Assembly: GCA_036732805.1 (NCBI GenBank)
Contig: DAINBS010000001.1
Location: forward strand, 1-42,498
DNA from: Gemmatimonadales bacterium
GTDB taxonomy: Bacteria > Gemmatimonadota > Gemmatimonadetes > Gemmatimonadales > GWC2-71-9
Length of the DNA: 42,498 nt
Reading direction: 5' to 3'
A program made the translations under genes and the position numbers. Positions 16,737 to 23,305 of this stretch are shown piece by piece (position 1 is the stretch's first letter; every line of letters starts with the position of its first letter). A model generated the notes under the pieces. That model did not search any database. It was not told where the DNA came from and worked only from the letters and a program-made list of their open reading frames with translations.

Positions 16737-17891
16737 TCAGGCACAGTAGTCCCGCGCCGCCAGGACGAGCGTCGCCGCCAGCCGTTCCACCGAGTCCAGG
16801 TCCACCCACTCCTCGGCCGCGTGGGCGCCCGTTCCCGCCGGACCGCACACGACGGTCTCGACCCCGTGCGCCGCCAGGATGGCCGCGTCCATCCAGGGTG
16901 TGTCGCCCACGACGGCCGCGGGCCGGCCGCGCGCGATTTCCAGTGCGGCCAGCACCGCCCGGGCCAGCGGGCCGTCGGGAGAGGTCGCGAATGGCTCGCG
17001 CGTCAGCAGATGCTCGAGCGTGACGCGGAGCGACGGATCCGCCCGGCGCGCTTCTTCCATCACGGTTTCGATCTCCTGGAGAACCTGCTCGGCGGTTTCC
17101 CCGGGAATCGTCCGGCGCTCCAGCGCCGCCACGCATTCGGCGGCATAGGTGCTCAGGCCGGAGCCTCCCTCGAGCCGCGCCACGTGCATGGACGGCGGGC
17201 CCACGAGCGGATGCGGCGGCCGGGCGGCCAGCTCATCGATCAGCGTGCCCACGCGCGCCAGCAGACGCGCCATGCGGACGTTCGCGTCCAGGCCCAGCTC
17301 GGGCTTTGAGCCGTGCGCAGCCCGACCACGCACCGTGAGTTCAGCCCACACGAAACCCTTGTGCGCCACGCACAGGTCGAGCGCCGTGGGCTCGGTGACG
17401 ATCGCCCCGTCCACGCGGATGCGCTCGACCAGGTCGCGCGTGCCGAGGCTCGCATCCTCCTCGTCGGCCACCGCCGCGATCACGACGTCGCCCGCGAGTC
17501 GGTCACCCAGCGTCCGCAGGGCCCGCGCCGCGCCCAGGCAGGCGGCGAGCGAGCCTTTCATGTCGTAGGCACCCCGGCCGTACAACTTCCCGTCGCGGAT
17601 CACGCCGCTGAAGGGGTCGGTCATTCCCTCGACGCCCACCGTGTCGTAGTGGGCGTTGAGCATCAGCGACCTGCCGCCGCCCGTCCCACGAAGACGTCCG
17701 GTGACGGACACGCGGCCGGGCTCGGGCTCGTGCTCTCCCACCTCGAGTCCGAGCCGGTCCATCAGGTCCGCGGTGTAGGCGGCGATCTCCCGTTCTCCGG
17801 GGCCGCCCTCGGAGAGGGTGGGGTTGACCGAGTTGATCCGCACGAGGTCGGCGGCAACCTGCTCGATGAACTCTCGATCGATCCCCGTCAT
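16737..17891 (-). CDS. M20-family metallopeptidase/deacylase (ArgE/DapE/acetylornithine deacetylase-like)
   Basis: LMLNAHYDTV, GRGAYDMKGSLAA and the 384-aa length are typical of the M20 family. Confidence 0.85.
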   Translation of the reverse strand: MTGIDREFIEQVAADLVRINSVNPTLSEGGPGEREIAAYTADLMDRLGLEVGEHEPEPGRVSVTGRLRGTGGGRSLMLNAHYDTVGVEGMTDPFSGVIRDGKLYGRGAYDMKGSLAACLGAARALRTLGDRLAGDVVIAAVADEEDASLGTRDLVERIRVDGAIVTEPTALDLCVAHKGFVWAELTVRGRAAHGSKPELGLDANVRMARLLARVGTLIDELAARPPHPLVGPPSMHVARLEGGSGLSTYAAECVAALERRTIPGETAEQVLQEIETVMEEARRADPSLRVTLEHLLTREPFATSPDGPLARAVLAALEIARGRPAAVVGDTPWMDAAILAAHGVETVVCGPAGTGAHAAEEWVDLDSVERLAATLVLAARDYCA

Positions 17892-17897
17892 CCGATC

Positions 17898-17937
17898 CTC
17901 ACATTCTCACGTGCTCACGTGCTCACGTCCTCACGTG
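17898..17937. repeat. five tandem 8-mers (CTCACGTG consensus)
   Basis: CTCACATT CTCACGTG CTCACGTG CTCACGTC CTCACGTG fill the 39-nt gap between the NDH-2 stop (17931-17933) and the M20 start (17891). Confidence 0.85.
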
Positions 17938-19265
17938 TCCCGCCATCCGTGGGCAATCAGCCTCGCCCCGCGATTCCACGTGACGTAGTTCCACGCCCAC
18001 TGCACGAACACCAGCAGCCGGTTCTCGAAGTCCACGAGATACATCAGGTGAACGAACAGCCAGAGCACCCATGCCAGGTACCCCGAGAACCGCAGCCGCC
18101 CGAAGTTCGCAACCGCGGCCGCCCGGCCGATGGTTGCCAGCTCGCCCTTGTTGAGGTAACGGAACGGGCGCGGCGTCCGCCCCATGAGCCGGGCCCGGAT
18201 CGCCTTGCCCATGTAGCGGCCCTGCTGCATCGCAACAGGTGCCACGCCCGGGAGCGGAGCGCCGCCCGGTCCCGCGCTCAGCGCGAGGTCGCCGATCACG
18301 CACACGTCGGGATGGCCGGGCACGCTGAGGTCCGGCGCGACCGCGATCCGGCCCATCCGGTCGGTCGTCAGGCCGAGCGCGTCGGCCAGACGCTTCCCGA
18401 GCGGATTGGCCCGAACGCCCGCGGCCCAGAGGACGGTGCGCGTCGGGATCCGCTCTTCGGCGCCGCCTCTCCGCACCTGAATGGCCTCGGCATCGACGTG
18501 CTCGAGGCGCGCGGCAACCCGCACCTCGACGCCCAGCCGCGCCAGCGACGCCGCACAGCGGCGTGACAGGTCCGGCGGATAGGCCGGGAGCACGCGATCG
18601 GCGGCATCGAGCAGCAGCACGCGCGCCGTGGCCGGGTCGATGGCGCGGAACTCCCGCCGGAGCGTGCGCCGCGCGATCTCGGCGATGGCCCCCGCCAGCT
18701 CCACTCCCGTGGGCCCGGCCCCCACGACGGCGAACGTGAGCCAGGCCGCCCGCCGCGCGGGATCGGGCTCCCGCTCCGCCGCCTCGAACGCCTGATAGAT
18801 CCGCCGCCGGATCTCGGTGGCATCCTCGAGCGTCTTGAGGCCCGGCGCGTGCTCCGCCCACTCGTCGTGCCCGAAGTAGGACGGCACGGTGCCCGCCGCG
18901 AGGATCAGGGTATCGTAGGGCACCACGCCATCGGCGAGCAGCACTTCGCGCTTCGCCGGATCGAAGCCCGTCACCTCGGCCAGCAGGACCCGCGTGTTGC
19001 GCTGGCGGCGGAGGATCCAGCGCAGGGCGGTCGCGATTTCCGCGGGCGAGAGCCCGCCGGTCGCCACCTGGTAGAGCAGCGGTTGGAACACGTGGAAGTT
19101 CCGGCGGTCGAGCAGGGTGACCTCGACCGGTGCGTGGCGCAGGGCGCGCGCGGCGGCGAGTCCGCCGAATCCGCCCCCGACGATGACTACGCGATGCGAC
19201 TGCCTGACTGTCAAGACCCCTCGGTGGCCGGCTGTTGACTGTCGTAAACGGATCTTGTGGCCCAT
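17931..19265 (-). CDS. ndh: type II NADH:quinone oxidoreductase (NDH-2)
   Basis: Two dinucleotide folds, VVIVGGGFGGL and FAVVGAGPTGVELAG. C-terminal membrane-associating helices. The first about 17 codons from ATG 19265 use A/T-ending codons, so the real start may be TTG 19214. Confidence 0.88.
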   Translation of the reverse strand: MGHKIRLRQSTAGHRGVLTVRQSHRVVIVGGGFGGLAAARALRHAPVEVTLLDRRNFHVFQPLLYQVATGGLSPAEIATALRWILRRQRNTRVLLAEVTGFDPAKREVLLADGVVPYDTLILAAGTVPSYFGHDEWAEHAPGLKTLEDATEIRRRIYQAFEAAEREPDPARRAAWLTFAVVGAGPTGVELAGAIAEIARRTLRREFRAIDPATARVLLLDAADRVLPAYPPDLSRRCAASLARLGVEVRVAARLEHVDAEAIQVRRGGAEERIPTRTVLWAAGVRANPLGKRLADALGLTTDRMGRIAVAPDLSVPGHPDVCVIGDLALSAGPGGAPLPGVAPVAMQQGRYMGKAIRARLMGRTPRPFRYLNKGELATIGRAAAVANFGRLRFSGYLAWVLWLFVHLMYLVDFENRLLVFVQWAWNYVTWNRGARLIAHGWRDT

Positions 19266-19436
19266 TCATCGCTTCTTGACCAAGTGTACGGCGGAGCTTC
19301 GGGTTTTGGCCCCCTCCCCCCTGCTACCGGTAGCAGGTTGCGTCCACGGCAGGGCGTTCGCAAAGTGGAGCGGTGGCTACAACCGTGCTCTGAGGCACTC
19401 GAAGTCCCAGCCCATCGGCAAAGGAGGGAGCATACC

Positions 19437-20435
19437 ATGAATCGCCCTTGCGGATACCTGGTCACTTGGGTCACGAGATCCTCGATCATCTGCGCTGCCG
19501 TCTTGGGCTGTTCTGCGGAGGCGGCACAGACCAGAGTCGAGATCCGCTCAAATTGGGATACGGTGTGGTATCGTCGTTCCGGCCTGCAGGATACGACCCT
19601 CGTCGCTCCGATCGGAATGCTGGTGCTTGACCAACGCTTGATCGTGCTGGATCGCGGTGCGCCCCGTGTCAGTGCCTTTGACACCAAGGATGGTTCGCTG
19701 CTCTGGAGTGTCGGTCAACGCGGCAGCGGGCCCGAGGAGTTTCGTGAGCCGTTCTCAATGGGCGCTGTGGACTCTGGACAGGTTGCTGTCCTCGACATGG
19801 GAAACACCAGAACAACATTCGTTACGGAAGAGGGCGTCATCACGAAGACGGAACCCAATCCAAACGCACTTGTGCTCTACACGGAGTGCCAGTTGGGTGA
19901 CGCACGAGTCGGCGCGGCCTTCGCGCCAGACAGTCAATTCGCGTTGATAGGAGTCAACGGCCAGGTGCAACGCCGGTTCGGACTTCCGTGGCGTGACTTG
20001 AAAGGACGATCGCCACTTCTACAGCAGGTCATGCTCGCGAAAGCCGGAGACGACTTGTGCATCGCTGCCGGGGTGAGAGCAGGGGGGGTAGCGCTTCTCA
20101 GTCGAGATGGCATTCTCCGGAGTAGGCTGTACGTCGAGACCGTTTCTCTGCCACAGGTAACGCGAACCGGAGACATGGTACAGGTACGCAATCAGGTTGA
20201 CGCTGGCCGAGATGTTGCGGTCTCTTCCGATACCGTCTTTGTTCTGTTCGGGGGCGTGACGCCACTGGCGGGGCGAGTCGTGGATTTGTACGACACGATG
20301 ACGCTGCGGTATCTGGGCTCGATTGTCCTCCCCACCACGGCGGTCAAGATCGCCGTCGATGAGTCGATCTTCTACGTTTTACGGATGCGGAGCGGCACGT
20401 TTGAGGTCATGGCCCTCAGGCGAAGACCCTCGTAA
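19437..20435 (+). CDS. lipoprotein with NHL-like six-bladed beta-propeller repeats; function unknown
   Basis: ATG 19437 follows AAGGAGGGAG. Lipobox-like AAVLGC. NHL-like signature G.RGSGPEEFREPFSMGAVDSGQVAVLDMGN. TAA stop. GC and codon usage are atypical for this window. Confidence 0.7.
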   Translation: MNRPCGYLVTWVTRSSIICAAVLGCSAEAAQTRVEIRSNWDTVWYRRSGLQDTTLVAPIGMLVLDQRLIVLDRGAPRVSAFDTKDGSLLWSVGQRGSGPEEFREPFSMGAVDSGQVAVLDMGNTRTTFVTEEGVITKTEPNPNALVLYTECQLGDARVGAAFAPDSQFALIGVNGQVQRRFGLPWRDLKGRSPLLQQVMLAKAGDDLCIAAGVRAGGVALLSRDGILRSRLYVETVSLPQVTRTGDMVQVRNQVDAGRDVAVSSDTVFVLFGGVTPLAGRVVDLYDTMTLRYLGSIVLPTTAVKIAVDESIFYVLRMRSGTFEVMALRRRPS

Positions 20436-20534
20436 GTCCACAGATGAGGATCCGGTACGTCTTCGCGCGGTCCGTGCGGAAATCCGCCGTTGCCGCTTTA
20501 CAATGGAGTGTTGGCCTCCAGGTCGGGTTGCCTC

Positions 20535-21203
20535 CTATCCCGGCCACCGCAGCACCGTAAACACCGCCGTCCCGATCAGCGCCACCGCCCACACGAGGTC
20601 CAGGTTGAGCCAGAACCGGCGCAGGTGTCGCAGGCCGGCCCACTGGTACACCACGAGCGCGATCGCGCCGGTGATCCCGATGTAGCCGAGCGTGTGCAGC
20701 AGCGTGGCGCCGATCCCGCCGGCGCTGAGCTGCCCGATGCCCGCCGTCGCCGGCGCCGCCATCGCATGCCCCGCGTGCGCCGCATGGCCCAGGGCCATCG
20801 CGGGCTCGAGCGCAAACGGGATCACCATCAGTCCCGCCCCATGCGCGGTGGCCATCAGCATGGACCAGACGGCGAGGTCCATCCAACTCGCTTTCATCCC
20901 GCCGAACCGCGGATGCGACGAGCGGACCAGCTTGAAGACGCCGAACCCCGCGAGCACCGCGGCCACAAGCCACGTGAGCGCTTCGCGCGGCAACGCCGCC
21001 CCGAGCAGGGCGCCCACGATCACCGCCAGCAGCACCGCCACGCCGTGCCCCACCGCGAGCGGCGGGAGCGCGCGCCACACCGCGCGCCCCTTGCCCTCCT
21101 GCATCCCCAGCGCCACGGCAAACAGCCATCCCATGCCGGGATTGATGCCGTGCCACGCCCCGAGGAGCAGGAGGGCAACCCACGGAAACGCGTCGAGGTT
21201 CAC
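20535..21203 (-). CDS. polytopic membrane protein with a His-rich loop; possibly a distant NicO/RcnA-like metal transporter
   Basis: About 6 TM helices. WHGINPGMGW resembles the H-x-x-x-P-G-x-G motif of NicO-type transporters. Central loop GHAAHAGHAMA. Its ATG overlaps the stop of the upstream SBP56 gene (21200-21203). Confidence 0.55.
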   Translation of the reverse strand: MNLDAFPWVALLLLGAWHGINPGMGWLFAVALGMQEGKGRAVWRALPPLAVGHGVAVLLAVIVGALLGAALPREALTWLVAAVLAGFGVFKLVRSSHPRFGGMKASWMDLAVWSMLMATAHGAGLMVIPFALEPAMALGHAAHAGHAMAAPATAGIGQLSAGGIGATLLHTLGYIGITGAIALVVYQWAGLRHLRRFWLNLDLVWAVALIGTAVFTVLRWPG

Positions 21204-22621
21204 GAGTAGCAGAACGAGTCGGAGGACGCGTCACCGCCCGCGAGCCGGACCTGGTGCGCCCGGATGCCTTCCTCGAACTCGCAGATGAACCCCGGGTCGA
21301 ACGACAGCCCGCCTTCCGGCGGCGCGCTCACCTGCACCATCCACGACTTGATGCCGTCCGGATAGAACTGGGCGTCCCACGGTGTGTAGAGCGAGTTCGT
21401 GATGTACACCCGGCGCCCGTCGCGGCTCACTTCGACCATCTGCGGCCCGCCGTTGAGCGGCTTGCCGGGCAGACCAGGGTGACCCTCGCGGCGCACGATC
21501 CCGCCGATTTCGACCGAGCCCGCGGGCTTCGGGTTGAACGGATCGCTCACGTCGTACCGCAGCAGGCGGCCCATGCCCCAGCACGACACGTACAGCCAGC
21601 GGTCGTCCACCGAGAGATTGATGTCGGTGACGAGCGGCGGGACCGCCTTGAAGCCCTGGAGCAGCGGGGGCAGCACCTCGGGCTGGGCGGGCTCGGCCGG
21701 GATGTCGATCACCTTCTTCACCTTCCACACGCCGCCCTTGTCCCCGTTCCCGTTCGACTTGTCGAGGTACCACATCCAGATGGAGCTGGAGAGATCCTCC
21801 AGCGACATCACGACGCCCACGAAGCCGTACGTCCTGGTCGGATCGTGCGCCGGGCGCAGCTCGAGCGTCATCTGGTACTGCGGGCCCAGCTCCAGGCGCT
21901 GCAGGTGCTTGCGCTTGCGCAGGTCCCACACGTGCAGCGAGTTGCCGTACTTGCCCGCGAGCAGCAGCTCGGGGTTCACGCCCTGGCTCACCATGTTGGG
22001 CGTGCCCCATTCGCTCGTGATCATCGTGTCCTGGCCCAGGTGCCAGAAGAAGTCGTACGCCAGGAACTGGTCGCCGCGGTCCTTTTCCCAGGCGCCCTTC
22101 ACCTCGAACGTCTCGTGGTCCATCATGAAGATGCCGCCCGGACCGTCGCCGCCCGGGCTGCCGAGCGCGTTGAGATAGATGCCGTCCGGACCGCAGTGCA
22201 CGGTGTGGGGCGCCGCGTACCCGGTCTTCTCCATGACTTCCTCGGGCTCGATCACCTTGATGAGCTTCGGGTTCCGCGGATCGGGCTTCGTGTCCACCAC
22301 GTGGATCCGGGTCGAGTGCGTGCCGGGGACCACGAGATAGCGCCGCTCGACGTGCGCGTGCGGCGCGTAGGGACAGAGGTGCGAGCTGCACGCGTTCCAG
22401 CCGAAGTGATGCAGCTCGTTGCCGGCGTGCGGGAAATCGACCCGCCCCACGAGCCGCCCGTAGGTGGGCGATCCCGCGGCGACGTCGACGACCCCGAGGC
22501 CGTCCGTCCGGGACCCTCCCTCGGGAGCGAGCAGCGTGACGTAGGCCAGGTCTTCCGGCGGAGCCTCGCTCGCGAGCTTGGGCGAGGGGTAGAACGTCGC
22601 ATCGGGCTTGAGACGGGGCAT
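21200..22621 (-). CDS. selenium-binding protein 56 family protein / methanethiol oxidase-like
   Basis: The full-length pattern is typical of SBP56: PDATFYPSP, NELHHFGWNACSS, HTVHCGPDGIY and YDFWWH-like FLAYDFFWHLG. 473 aa. No signal peptide seen. Confidence 0.9.
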   Translation of the reverse strand: MPRLKPDATFYPSPKLASEAPPEDLAYVTLLAPEGGSRTDGLGVVDVAAGSPTYGRLVGRVDFPHAGNELHHFGWNACSSHLCPYAPHAHVERRYLVVPGTHSTRIHVVDTKPDPRNPKLIKVIEPEEVMEKTGYAAPHTVHCGPDGIYLNALGSPGGDGPGGIFMMDHETFEVKGAWEKDRGDQFLAYDFFWHLGQDTMITSEWGTPNMVSQGVNPELLLAGKYGNSLHVWDLRKRKHLQRLELGPQYQMTLELRPAHDPTRTYGFVGVVMSLEDLSSSIWMWYLDKSNGNGDKGGVWKVKKVIDIPAEPAQPEVLPPLLQGFKAVPPLVTDINLSVDDRWLYVSCWGMGRLLRYDVSDPFNPKPAGSVEIGGIVRREGHPGLPGKPLNGGPQMVEVSRDGRRVYITNSLYTPWDAQFYPDGIKSWMVQVSAPPEGGLSFDPGFICEFEEGIRAHQVRLAGGDASSDSFCYS

Positions 22622-22735
22622 CGGGGAGCCTCTGGGGTATCGGGTTCACCCTGATGAGGCGCGGGACGGCCCCGGACGGGCTCACGCCCATCTGGCGGCC
22701 GCGCCCGGGACCCCGCTAATTATGGCTCTCACGGG

Positions 22736-23305
22736 ATGTCACCCATGCCGGACCACCCGGACGTCACCCAGGCCCTGCTCGCCCTCTCCCGGGGGAACCG
22801 CTCGGCGCTGGACGGCCTGCTGCCGGTCATCTACGACCAGCTGCGCGCCCAGGCGCAGCGCGCGCTCCGCTCCGAGCGGCCGGACCACACGCTCTCGCCC
22901 ACGGCGCTCGTGCACGAGGCCTATCTCAAGCTCGTGCGCCTCGAGCGCGTGGAATGGCGCGACCGGGCGCATTTCTTCGGCGCATGCGCCAACGAGATGC
23001 GGCGCATCCTGGTCAGCTACGCCCGCAACCGGAAGGCCGGGAAGCGCGGCGCCGGCGCCGACCACCTGCCGCTCGAGAACGCCGCGGTGGCGGCGCAGGA
23101 CCGTCCCGCCGAGCTGGTGGCGCTCGACGAAGCGCTGGAGCGGCTCGCGGCGCTGGACCCGCGCCAGGTGAAGATCGTCGAGTGCCGCTTCTTCGCCGGG
23201 ATGAGCGTGGAGGAGACGGCGGAAGTGCTCGCCATCTCGCCCGCCACGGTGAAGCGGGACTGGACCGCGGCGCGCGCCTGGCTCAACCGCGAGCTGTCGG
23301 ACTGA
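22736..23305 (+). CDS. ECF-type RNA polymerase sigma factor (Ser/Thr-kinase-linked class)
   Basis: Region 2 (LVHEAYLKLV) and region 4 (MSVEETAEVLAISPATVKRDW..AR.WL). The start is ATG 22736 or 22745. Confidence 0.88.
   Translation: MSPMPDHPDVTQALLALSRGNRSALDGLLPVIYDQLRAQAQRALRSERPDHTLSPTALVHEAYLKLVRLERVEWRDRAHFFGACANEMRRILVSYARNRKAGKRGAGADHLPLENAAVAAQDRPAELVALDEALERLAALDPRQVKIVECRFFAGMSVEETAEVLAISPATVKRDWTAARAWLNRELSD

Noticed and set aside
19266-20534. Integrated mobile element or prophage remnant around the low-GC gene
   Set aside because: There is no integrase, transposase, tRNA attachment site or flanking direct or inverted repeats. Only the compositional anomaly remains, and it is reported as a finding.
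21200-22621. Selenocysteine recoding in the selenium-binding-protein homologue
   Set aside because: The ORF is uninterrupted with no in-frame TGA, and no SECIS-like hairpin is needed. SBP56 proteins are not selenoproteins.
22700-22735. TAATTAT box upstream of the ECF sigma gene as an autoregulated ECF promoter
   Set aside because: I found no convincing -35 GGAAC/-10 CGT-type ECF motif pair at proper spacing, so the call is too speculative without comparative data.
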